A DNA stretch of 64,000 bases, from contig DRFS01000006.1 of assembly GCA_011050415.1 (NCBI GenBank), positions 245,539 to 309,538 of the forward strand, in the 5' to 3' direction. Both the position numbers and the translations under genes were made by a program. Source of the DNA: Halomonas sp. GTDB taxonomy: Bacteria; Pseudomonadota; Gammaproteobacteria; Pseudomonadales; Halomonadaceae. Positions 30,111-38,664 of this stretch are shown in pieces. Under the pieces are notes generated by a model. That model saw nothing but the letters and a program-made list of their open reading frames with translations. It had not been told where the DNA came from and ran no database searches. The stretch's first letter is position 1, and every line of letters begins with the position of its first letter.

Positions 30111-30565
30111 TGATTATCCATGAAACCCAGGTGGCTCCGGAGTGGGTCGACTACAACGGACACATGAACGACGCGGAGTACGCCCGCGTCTTCTCTCAGG
30201 CCTGTGATGCCCTTATTGAACATATCGGGCTGGATGACGCAGGCCGTGAACAACACGGCTACACGATTTATACGCTGGAAACCCACCTCTGCTATCGCCG
30301 GGAGGCGCACCAAGGGCAGTTGTTAAGCGTGGATTTAACCCTGCTCGATAGCGATGCAAAACGTCTGCACGTGTTTTTCGCCATGTTGGATGAGGAGAGC
30401 AACCTCCTGGCAACCAGCGAACAGATGCTTATGGGTATTGAAAAAGCGTCTGGCCGCCCAGGCCCCTTCCCTGAAGCAATTGCTAGCGCGGTGGCAGCGC
30501 TACCCCAGGTTGATAGCGATGCATGGCCTGAGCTTGCTGGCCGAACCATCGGTATACGGCGCTAG
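30110..30565 (+). CDS. cdhB: Hotdog-fold thioesterase (betainyl-CoA thioesterase by context)
   Basis: WVDYNGHMNDAEY, YTLETHLCY..E, D.KRLHVF, ATSEQMLM. Confidence 0.8.
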   Translation: MIIHETQVAPEWVDYNGHMNDAEYARVFSQACDALIEHIGLDDAGREQHGYTIYTLETHLCYRREAHQGQLLSVDLTLLDSDAKRLHVFFAMLDEESNLLATSEQMLMGIEKASGRPGPFPEAIASAVAALPQVDSDAWPELAGRTIGIRR

Positions 30566-30612
30566 GCGGCACACCCCAGTAGTCCACCTGCGATGCCCTG
30601 CCGAGGCCACCA

Positions 30613-31581
30613 CTAATCGGTTGGGGCACGCACCGCCCGAGGCGAGTAACCATAATAGCCGCGAAACGCACGTGCAAAGCTTGATGACGAACTAAATCCA
30701 CAGGCAATGCCCACCGCCAATACGGCTAAATCAGTCTCTGCCAGCAATCGCCTGGCTCGCTTAAGGCGTAGCTGTAAGTACCACTGGCGTGGTGTTGCCG
30801 ATAACTCCTGCTCAAACAAACGCTGTAACTGGCGGACCGACACATTGATACGACTCGCCACCTCTTCAAGCGTAAGCGGCTCTTCAAGGTTCTGTTCCAT
30901 CAACGCCACCGCCTCAATCACGCGCCGATTGTGGCTACCCAAACGTTTGACCAGTGCCATACGCTGCTGGTCGCTGCGGGTGCGAATACGGTCATGAATA
31001 AGCTGCTCAGAGACATCAATGGCCAGCTTATCCCCATGTCGCCGAGCGATCACTTCCAGCGCCATATCCATCGCCGCCGCCCCGCCCGCGCAGGAGAAGC
31101 GCCGCTCACCTAACTCATAAAGCTCATCGGTAGTATCAATGCCCGGAAAGCGCTCACGAAAGGCGGGCAGACTCTCCCAGTGCAGCGCCACCCGCTCGTG
31201 CTTTAATAACCCGGTGGCGGCGAGCAGAAATGCCCCGGTATCAATGCCTCCCAAACAGCAGCCTGCCTGATCTAACTGATGCAGCCAGGCCATTAACGGC
31301 CGGGTAAGATGCGCCTCTGGGGTGAAGCCGCTGCATACCGCCAGCGAGGGCATATGGTGAAGATCCGCCGTTGCGTGATCAGCCATTAGCGTCATACCGT
31401 TGGACGCCGTCACTGGCTCGCCATCCGCGCTAATCAAGATCCAGTCAAACAGAGGGCGATTAGCAATACGATTTGCAATCCGCAACGGTTCAACCGCCGC
31501 GAAAAACGCCATCATGGAAAACTGCGGCAACAGTAAAAACCCCACCATTTCTGGCAAAGGGCCCTGGTAACTAAGACGCAT
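30613..31581 (-). CDS. GlxA-family AraC transcriptional regulator (CdhR/GbdR-like)
   Basis: FSMMAFFAAVEPLRIANR, GGIDTGAF.LA, HWE, CAGGAAAMDM, MEQNLEEPL, RQLQRLF, CGFSS.SSF.RAFR. Confidence 0.9.
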   Translation of the reverse strand: MRLSYQGPLPEMVGFLLLPQFSMMAFFAAVEPLRIANRIANRPLFDWILISADGEPVTASNGMTLMADHATADLHHMPSLAVCSGFTPEAHLTRPLMAWLHQLDQAGCCLGGIDTGAFLLAATGLLKHERVALHWESLPAFRERFPGIDTTDELYELGERRFSCAGGAAAMDMALEVIARRHGDKLAIDVSEQLIHDRIRTRSDQQRMALVKRLGSHNRRVIEAVALMEQNLEEPLTLEEVASRINVSVRQLQRLFEQELSATPRQWYLQLRLKRARRLLAETDLAVLAVGIACGFSSSSSFARAFRGYYGYSPRAVRAPTD

Positions 31582-31687
31582 AGCACTGCCTAAAGGTCAA
31601 AATGTAGAATGTGGAAGCGCTTCTACCATAGCGTGTTAGCCTGCCGAGACCAGTAATCTAGAAAAAATTTTGTCATCATGACGGAGC

Positions 31688-32014
31688 ATGCACTTGAATA
31701 TTACCCATTTAGAGCATGTCATTATTGCGCTAATCATTCAGGGCGCATTACTGCGATTGGCCTCCGCTAGCGTAGCAGGCTCTATCGCCGTTGCGCTGCT
31801 AATGGGGCGCGAGATCGCTCAGCACGAATATAGGCTAGGCATTCAGCGAGGCTGGGAGTGGGGAGAAACACTCCCCGTAGGCATGTTCGAAGGCGTTTGG
31901 CGCGGCTGGACCCTCGACTCTGCCCTTGATGTGGTGTTGCCAGCTTTAGCATGTAGCTTGGTAGTAGCAGTATTAAGCGTTAAACGGCGAAGAGCGCTCA
32001 AGCAGCGCTACTGA
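31688..32014 (+). CDS. Small hypothetical membrane protein
   Basis: Hydrophobic segments and a GREIAQHEYR...W...SALD motif; GGAG RBS before ATG. Confidence 0.65.
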   Translation: MHLNITHLEHVIIALIIQGALLRLASASVAGSIAVALLMGREIAQHEYRLGIQRGWEWGETLPVGMFEGVWRGWTLDSALDVVLPALACSLVVAVLSVKRRRALKQRY

Positions 32015-32268
32015 TTATAGAGACGTTCTGAGCGATAGAGCTGCCACTCATTTTCGACCCGCCCATCGGGCAAGCGACAGTATCTGCCAGTACCTAATCT
32101 ACTTTCACGAATTTCATTCTCCCCGCCTAAGCTCCTACAATATTCAGCGGCATATTGGGTCATCTGATTTTGAGAATCTGGGCCTCCGCCACTGCTGGCA
32201 CAACCGATGAGCAGCAGTACAGCGGGGATTGCTAAGTAGCGATAACCGTTACCAATATATACCAACAT
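32008..32268 (-). CDS. DUF333-like small lipoprotein
   Basis: Lipobox LLIGC; AAEYCRSLGG...GRYCRLPDGRVENEWQLYR. Confidence 0.75.
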   Translation of the reverse strand: MLVYIGNGYRYLAIPAVLLLIGCASSGGGPDSQNQMTQYAAEYCRSLGGENEIRESRLGTGRYCRLPDGRVENEWQLYRSERLYNQ

Positions 32269-32394
32269 TGTGCTCTCCCTGCGTCGCTAGCCATTTATCG
32301 GCTACCCTACATACTCGTAGAACATTGGCAAAGTTGCCAATCCCACCAACCTAGTGTCGGCTTAGTGTCAGCCCCGAATGTGAGAAAGAGCCTT

Positions 32395-32790
32395 ATGAAA
32401 CACTCCCTACTTCCGCACTGCCTGCTAAGCGCTACCCTACTGGTGAGTGCTATCGCTTATAGCGAAGAATCCCAGCAATCTCATGAAGCCTGTATGGAAA
32501 ACGCCGTTAGCACGGCCGATATAGTGGCATGCATTAGTGAAGAGTTTGAGCGCGAAGATCAGCGTCTCAACGACAACTATCAGCAACTGCGCAACCAGTT
32601 GAGTGACGGTCGCCAAGAACAACTGCTAACCGCCCAGCATGCATGGATTGCATATAAAGACGCTAACTGTGATTTTTATGCCGACCCAGAAGGCGGCACC
32701 TTGGCGCGGGTGAGTGCCAACTCCTGCGTACTGACTGAAACGACTGATCGCGCGGATGAGCTAGAAGCACTAATGCAGCCCTTGGATTAA
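32395..32790 (+). CDS. Lysozyme inhibitor LprI (DUF1311) family protein
   Basis: Signal peptide; C...A.STADI.AC....F..ED.RLN..YQ, L.TAQ.AWI.YKDANC.F, CVLTET..RA.EL. Confidence 0.85.
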   Translation: MKHSLLPHCLLSATLLVSAIAYSEESQQSHEACMENAVSTADIVACISEEFEREDQRLNDNYQQLRNQLSDGRQEQLLTAQHAWIAYKDANCDFYADPEGGTLARVSANSCVLTETTDRADELEALMQPLD

Positions 32791-32911
32791 AGACGAGATG
32801 CAGATCACTCGATTTGCTGTTATCGAAAATGACAGCTAGCCTTATACAGGCCATGTACACAAAGCTAACTGTGTTCATCTAGAAAACCCATTTCATAAGG
32901 AAAGTGAAATT

Positions 32912-33400
32912 ATGTCCAGCCCAGAGCATAAGCAGAAGATCTGGAAGATGATCAAAGATATTAAAGTCGGCATGTTGGTGACCCTGGATCACGACACGCC
33001 CCGGGCTCGTCCGATGCATCTAGTGCAGGAAGAGTATGACGGCACATTGTGGTTCTTCACTCGTCGTAGTGCCGAAAAGGTATTTGAGGCAAAGAGCGAT
33101 CACGATGTTTGTCTTAGCTTCTCGGATCAAGAAGATGGTGTTTACGTGTCCCTTTCTGGCAAGGCCAACCTGACTGATAACCGCGAGCTGATTGATAAAT
33201 ACTGGAATTCCTTTGTTGGCGCTTGGTTCCCTGAGGGCAAAGATGACCCAGACGTTGCATTGCTGGAAATCAAGGTTGAAATGGGCGAACACTGGAAGTC
33301 CGAGGAGAGCAAAGCGTACCAGCTTTATGAGATTGCCAAGGCGAATCTTAAGAAAGATGCCACGCCCAATTTAGGTGAAAATGAAAAATTTGGTGGCTGA
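32912..33400 (+). CDS. General stress protein 26 / pyridoxamine 5'-phosphate oxidase-like FMN-binding protein
   Basis: IKDIKVGMLVT, RARPM, LWFFT, YVSLSGKA, AWFPEGKDDPDVALLEI. Confidence 0.85.
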   Translation: MSSPEHKQKIWKMIKDIKVGMLVTLDHDTPRARPMHLVQEEYDGTLWFFTRRSAEKVFEAKSDHDVCLSFSDQEDGVYVSLSGKANLTDNRELIDKYWNSFVGAWFPEGKDDPDVALLEIKVEMGEHWKSEESKAYQLYEIAKANLKKDATPNLGENEKFGG

Positions 33401-33410
33401 CACCAGAGGC

Positions 33411-33989
33411 ATGCGCCCGGCTCCCTGGGCGCTTGCCACTCCGTTGCTTACCATTTCGTTGCTTACCATTCTATTGATAGGCATGCTCATGGGCGCAAGT
33501 AGCTCATGGGCAAGTGATGAGACACAGAGTGACTCGGCAAGTCTTCAGGGCGAATGCGAACTCACCGATCAGAAGCGCGAAATGCTTGCACAGATCAACG
33601 AGGCCCGTAGCCAAGAGCGACAGTGTGGAAGCCAACACTTTGCGGCGGCAGAGCCGCTAGCCTGGAACTGCAAGCTTGAAGCGGCTGCTGAGATGCACGT
33701 CAAAGACATGGCCGAAAACGACTATTTTAGTCATACCGGCACCGACGGTAATGAGATCCAGCACCGGGTTAGCGACACTGGCTATCGATGGCAAGCGGTA
33801 GGCGAGAATATTGCAGCGGGTCACTCCTCTAGCGCAGCGGCTGTTGAAGGGTGGCTAGAGAGCCCCGGCCATTGCCGAAATATTATGAGTGCCGATTTCA
33901 CCGAGATGGGCATGGCAAATGCCAAACCCAGTAGCGCCGAATCGCGCTACTCCTCCTTCTGGGTGCAAGTACTTGCCCACCCGCGTTAA
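33411..33989 (+). CDS. CAP (SCP/Tpx-1/Ag5) domain secreted protein
   Basis: INEARSQ.RQCG, L.WN.KL..AA..H..DMA...YFSHTG, GENIAAG, WLESPGHC.NIM...F.EMG, WVQV. Start set at 33411 after AGAGG. Confidence 0.88.
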   Translation: MRPAPWALATPLLTISLLTILLIGMLMGASSSWASDETQSDSASLQGECELTDQKREMLAQINEARSQERQCGSQHFAAAEPLAWNCKLEAAAEMHVKDMAENDYFSHTGTDGNEIQHRVSDTGYRWQAVGENIAAGHSSSAAAVEGWLESPGHCRNIMSADFTEMGMANAKPSSAESRYSSFWVQVLAHPR

Positions 33990-34001
33990 ACCAAGCTCAG
34001 C

Positions 34002-34493
34002 TTAAAGGTCACCGTAATGGACGGCCGTAATCGCATTCTTAGGCGAACCATCCACTAGTTTGGCGCTGTACGTCATATACACGAAGGTTTGTGTTTCCAA
34101 ATCGTGCATACGAACTACCCGCATATTCTTGAACAGCGCCGAGCGCCGCTGTGTGAAAACCACCTCTTGCTGCTCTATCTCATCGGCGTCAAAGACAATT
34201 TCGCCCGTCTGTCGGCAAGCGACGCTTGCTTCACTGGCCTCTTCCGCTAACCCCACTGCACCCGAGAGCCCGCCAATCTGTGAGTAAGAAATATAGCAAG
34301 AGATGCCCTGAACCTTAGGGTCATCGAAACGCTCCACTTCAATGGTATTGTTTGGCCCCAACATCCTGAACTCAGTGCGCACGCTACCAATATGGGCGTC
34401 CTGAGCCAACAACATAGTCGGTAGCAACATAGTTGGAAGCAACGCCAGCATGAAAATCAGCGTTTGGATGGCAACGCGCTTTGCGAAAAACAT
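34002..34493 (-). CDS. creA: CreA family protein
   Basis: IEVERFDDPKVQGISCYIS....GG...GLAEE.SEASVACRQTG.I, VF..R.S.LFK...VVR..D......Y..YS.KLVDGSPKNAITAV. Confidence 0.9.
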   Translation of the reverse strand: MFFAKRVAIQTLIFMLALLPTMLLPTMLLAQDAHIGSVRTEFRMLGPNNTIEVERFDDPKVQGISCYISYSQIGGLSGAVGLAEEASEASVACRQTGEIVFDADEIEQQEVVFTQRRSALFKNMRVVRMHDLETQTFVYMTYSAKLVDGSPKNAITAVHYGDL

Positions 34494-34649
34494 GGAAAGA
34501 TCCTTTTTCAGGTAACAGCCAACAAGTTAACAGGCAAAGACCATAATGGATGCTGGCAAACAAAACAGCAGAAAAAACCAGGCATATCCGCCAACGTGAT
34601 TAACCTCTACTCAAGGATAAAGCGGCAGCCCACCTCTCAGCCCTTATCT

Positions 34650-34934
34650 CTACCCATCACAAGCGCACCCTCTTGGCCGATGGCATGTGTAGCTACGGCT
34701 AATACATGAATCACCGCATGCTTTTCCTTTGGAACACGTTTTACAGCATCCGCCTTGAGCCAGTAAAAGCTCCTCGGGGATTGTATCAAACGCAAGGTCA
34801 CACTCGGCTGCTTCACTGCTCACAATTAGCTCGGCTTGGATTACCCACTCATCGAGCACATCGGGCGGCTGCTCGGCACTTGCCACACTCGCGAAACATA
34901 GTGCCAGCATCAATATCAGTGATTTGATAAGCAC
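34650..34934 (-). CDS. Small secreted cysteine-rich protein
   Basis: AAGGA RBS, signal peptide, C-terminal CCKTCSKGKACGDSCISRSYTCHRPRGCAC. Confidence 0.7.
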   Translation of the reverse strand: MLIKSLILMLALCFASVASAEQPPDVLDEWVIQAELIVSSEAAECDLAFDTIPEELLLAQGGCCKTCSKGKACGDSCISRSYTCHRPRGCACDG

Positions 34935-35105
34935 GGTCTTTCCTTTTAATTATTATTTGTCGATGCAGTATGGCGGAGCAATGTGGGAACGCGTAGTTAT
35001 TATGCATCTAGGTAGGCAAATAGTTGCTCGGGGTTCATATCGCAATGGTGGAATGGGGTGCAAATGGAAGGTGTCGTTAGAGAGTTAGGAGATGCGTATA
35101 GCTTT

Positions 35106-35182
35106 TGGCGTCCCTGGCAGGAGTCGAACCTGCGACCTGCCGCTTAGGAGGCGGCTGCTCTATCCTACTGAGCTACAGGGAC
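35106..35182 (-). tRNA. tRNA-Arg (anticodon CCT)
   Basis: GTCCCTGTAGCTCAGTAGGATAGAGCAGCCGCCTCCTAAGCGGCAGGTCGCAGGTTCGACTCCTGCCAGGGACGCCA: acceptor stem, D arm, anticodon stem GCCGC/GCGGC, TTCGA loop, encoded CCA. Confidence 0.97.
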
Positions 35183-35269
35183 TTAGGCGCGGCCTAAATC
35201 TTGCGGGCGCGTAGTATAACGCGTCCGCTTGGGTAGGGCCAACCGGGTTGCTTACTTTTGGGTTAGCGC

Positions 35270-36217
35270 TTAGATCCAACCGAGTAAGCGAAGTGCGAAG
35301 ATGCCCAGTGTGACGGTAATGCTGGCCATCAGGGTGGTGAGCGCGATGATATTGGCCGCTAATGCTACGTTGCCGCCTATCGCCTTCACCATTACAAAGC
35401 TTGCGGCGGCTGAAGGGCTGGCAAAGAACAGGAACAGCAAGCCCAGTTGAGCGCCTGAAAAGCCCATTAGCCAAGCGGCGGCGGTAGAGATTGCGGGCAG
35501 CACCACCATCTTCATCCAGCTAGCGCTTAACGCCACTTTGCTGCTGTCACGCATGCTAGAGACTGAAAGCGTCGCGCCAATACAAATCAGCGCCAGCGGT
35601 AGCGTCAGGGAAGCAAAGTAATCCCCAGAGGTAATCAGCCAGCTCGGCAGTGGGATTGAAAGTGCGGTGAACGGCAATGCGGCAAATACTGAAAGAATCA
35701 GCGGGTTCTTGGCGACATGTTTAAGCAAACTCCGCCAATCCGTTGACTGACCAGGCTGGTAGAAAGCCAGTATTACCACCGAAAGCGCGTTATACATGAC
35801 GATCACCACCCCTAACAGCAGGCTTCCCGCTGAAAGGCCGTAGTTACCGTACATGCCAGCGGCTAGTGCCAGCCCTACGACCCCACAATTACCCCGAAAG
35901 GCGCCCTGCACATAGATGCCGCGATCCTTCCACTCAACACGATAGTGCGCCCAGGCCCAGCTGAGCAGAAACTGGCACAACGTAGCGGCAGCAAAAAACA
36001 GCATGAGTGATAGATCCAAGGCAACGCTTAAATCAGCCTTGATCAAGCTGAGAAAAATTAGCGTGGGCAGCGTTGCTTTGAAAACCAAGGTGGAGGCAGT
36101 AGATACAAAGGCACTATCGATCCATCTCAACCGCTTCAACCCCAGGCCAACAAACACCATCGCGAAAACTGGCAGCGTGACATCCAGCGTGCGGGCAAAC
36201 AGTTCAAGTAGGTTCAC
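35270..36217 (-). CDS. AEC (auxin efflux carrier / membrane transport) family transporter
   Basis: LPVFAMVFVG, FKATLPTLIF, FRGNCGVVGLAL, KNPLILS, LPLALICIGA, SPSAAASFVM. Confidence 0.9.
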   Translation of the reverse strand: MNLLELFARTLDVTLPVFAMVFVGLGLKRLRWIDSAFVSTASTLVFKATLPTLIFLSLIKADLSVALDLSLMLFFAAATLCQFLLSWAWAHYRVEWKDRGIYVQGAFRGNCGVVGLALAAGMYGNYGLSAGSLLLGVVIVMYNALSVVILAFYQPGQSTDWRSLLKHVAKNPLILSVFAALPFTALSIPLPSWLITSGDYFASLTLPLALICIGATLSVSSMRDSSKVALSASWMKMVVLPAISTAAAWLMGFSGAQLGLLFLFFASPSAAASFVMVKAIGGNVALAANIIALTTLMASITVTLGIFALRLLGWI

Positions 36218-36369
36218 TGATGTATCTCTTTCTGACTGGATTAGAACAACAAGTTCAGCATCTGCTTATACTCTACTGCTGGACGAGATTTGTCGACTCA
36301 TGCTGACGAGAGTGAACAACCCATTAGCTCACATGAGCAAAAAACTTCATTAAAACGCTTTGGAAAGAA

Positions 36370-38430
36370 TTACGGGGAGTCAAACAGCGCCATCTCATCA
36401 TTATTTTTAGGAGGAATATTCACTACAACCCCATCACGCCCCTTATCTTTCGCTTCGTAACTACCGGCATCTGCACGTGCCAACACATCACCTACATGGG
36501 AATCGAGTTCATTGAAGGTCGTAACACCAATACTCAGGGTGACCGTATACACTTTGTCTTGATGGGTAACTGAGACTTCGCCCACCGCAAGACGCAATGA
36601 CTCAGCAATTTTCTGAGCTTGGGAAAGGGTGCAGCTAGGCAGCAGAACACCAAACTCGTCGCCGCCTTGGCGGGCCACATGGTCACTGCGGCGCACTTCC
36701 CATGCAACCACTTGAGCAATACGACGCAACATCTCATCGCCAAGGGCATGGCCGCCCTCGTCATTAATGGGCTTAAAATGATCCAGGTCGAATAGCAAAA
36801 GCGCTGAAGGCGTACTGGTTTTCTGAAATTCAGCAAAGGCTTCTTCTAGACGTCGTTCAAAGCCGCGACGATTTAGCAAACCGGTTAGAGGGTCGTGCTC
36901 CGCTTCCCAGCGCTGAATCGCCTCCTGCTGACGGCGCTCGGTAATGTCTTTAACCACGCCAACCAAACCGAGCGTGTGCCCATCTTGAGAAATCATTACT
37001 ACGCGGGCATGCACATCCAGCCATAGCAACTCTTCATCGCTACGCAGAAAGCGCAGCTGACGAACAAAATCGCTGCCATTGCGTAGGCTGTGAAACCACA
37101 TATCTTTGGCACCATCACTGTCATCCACATGTATCTGCTCAAGCCAAGTCGCCATGGGCACATCAGCTGAGATCCCAAGCATTTCCAGCAGTGCTGGGTT
37201 CATATAGGTAATATCGCCTTTGATATTAGCGACGAACATGCCTTGTGGCACTGCGTTGAGTACCGAATCGAGAAACGCCTCACGCTCTTGAAGGTGGCCC
37301 AGCAGTTGCTGACGCTCCTCTTCCACCCGGTTAAAGGTGCTCGCCACTTGCTGTAATTCTTGCACACTAGTGGCAAGGCTTACGTCTTCGCGCTGCCCTA
37401 AACCCACCTCACCAATCTGTTTTTCCAGATGTTTAAGCGGCGCTAGCTCTCGCCCGATCAACCACCACAACACAGGCAACATTAGCAGGGCTAACGAGGC
37501 CCATAACCACCATAGTCTTTGAATAAAGTTTGTTAGGGGGAGCTGCGCTTGCTCAATAGGTAGATAAAGGCCCACGATCCAACTGGCAGGCCAAACCTGA
37601 GCATAAGATTGTAATGCTGTTTGCCCATCTAGAAGTTTGCCTACCCCGTCCCCTTCCCAGCCATCCAGTGCCAAATCAAGCAGGGGATTAAAATCTTTAC
37701 TCGGTACGGAGGCATTAATTAATGAGCTATTTGGATGGTATAAAACGGTGCCTGACGCGCTGGCTACCCCCGCATAGCCTTTAGCCCCCAAGCGAACCTT
37801 AGCTAAGCGACTAAACATTCCCCCAGCATCAAGGTTAAGAACCCCCCCCACAAACCCAGCAAACTCACCCTTTTCATTCAGTCTTGGCACGCCAATCAAC
37901 ACCGCAGGCAACCCACTCGCTCGCCCTATAAAGGGCTCGCTAACATAGGGCTGACGTGTACCGCGCAACATCTGAAAGTATTCCAGCTCCGCCGTTTCGA
38001 GCCCTACCCGGCCAATAACGGCAGGCCAATCGGCGATGATTCGGCCGTCGCTATTAGCGACCACGACGCCCTCAAACCAAGCCAGCAAGCCATCGTTCTG
38101 GCGTAACTGATAGCTTAACCACTCAGCATCGTCGGTGACACCTAGCATTGCATGCAACCGCGCCAAGGCTTGAAAACGGTCATCTACCTGCTGAGTGACT
38201 TCATCAGCCAACAGAGTCGCCGTGTAGCGCAGGTGAGCCATATTGGTTTCATGCACCATCCTTTTACCAAGATGCCACGACATTCCCAGCACCAGCGTTA
38301 CTACCAAAAGCCAGGTAAGCGCAAGCCCCAGCAGTAGCCGGCCTCGTAATGAACGGGAAAGGAATATTCTCTTCAGTGGGAAAGCCAAACGCACTTGGCA
38401 ACCTTGGTTTGCATTTGTATCCATTAACAA
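36370..38430 (-). CDS. Membrane sensor diguanylate cyclase (Cache-HAMP-PAS-GGDEF)
   Basis: Two TMs around a Cache-like domain (YFQ..R.TRQPYVSEP.IGR), PAS/PAC, HDPLTGLLNRR, DLDHFKPIND, RxxD I-site, intact GGDEF. Confidence 0.92.
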   Translation of the reverse strand: MLMDTNANQGCQVRLAFPLKRIFLSRSLRGRLLLGLALTWLLVVTLVLGMSWHLGKRMVHETNMAHLRYTATLLADEVTQQVDDRFQALARLHAMLGVTDDAEWLSYQLRQNDGLLAWFEGVVVANSDGRIIADWPAVIGRVGLETAELEYFQMLRGTRQPYVSEPFIGRASGLPAVLIGVPRLNEKGEFAGFVGGVLNLDAGGMFSRLAKVRLGAKGYAGVASASGTVLYHPNSSLINASVPSKDFNPLLDLALDGWEGDGVGKLLDGQTALQSYAQVWPASWIVGLYLPIEQAQLPLTNFIQRLWWLWASLALLMLPVLWWLIGRELAPLKHLEKQIGEVGLGQREDVSLATSVQELQQVASTFNRVEEERQQLLGHLQEREAFLDSVLNAVPQGMFVANIKGDITYMNPALLEMLGISADVPMATWLEQIHVDDSDGAKDMWFHSLRNGSDFVRQLRFLRSDEELLWLDVHARVVMISQDGHTLGLVGVVKDITERRQQEAIQRWEAEHDPLTGLLNRRGFERRLEEAFAEFQKTSTPSALLLFDLDHFKPINDEGGHALGDEMLRRIAQVVAWEVRRSDHVARQGGDEFGVLLPSCTLSQAQKIAESLRLAVGEVSVTHQDKVYTVTLSIGVTTFNELDSHVGDVLARADAGSYEAKDKGRDGVVVNIPPKNNDEMALFDSP

Positions 38431-38664
38431 TTGTCAGGTAGACCAGTATCGCCCATACCTTTACTAGTACCAATCTACCAAAATATGCATTTGATAAGCG
38501 TTGACATGAAACCACCATACATGACTTTTAATAACGCTTTAATTATGGGTGGTCTAACCCACCTGGTTCACCACTCATTCAAGCAGGTGAATTGATAACC
38601 CTCGCCATTTCACGTATGTTCGCCCGCCTACCCTCTATCCTGTTACATTACTGCGGCCTTACTT

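Noticed and set aside
31620-35182. Intact integrative element or prophage at tRNA-Arg
   Set aside because: No integrase, no phage structural genes and no att duplication that I could find; kept only as a low-interest hotspot hypothesis.
35479-35490. GGCGGTAG ops-like element for RfaH
   Set aside because: It lies inside the AEC transporter coding sequence, on the strand opposite that gene's transcription, and about 3 kb from kpsC with a divergent gene between.
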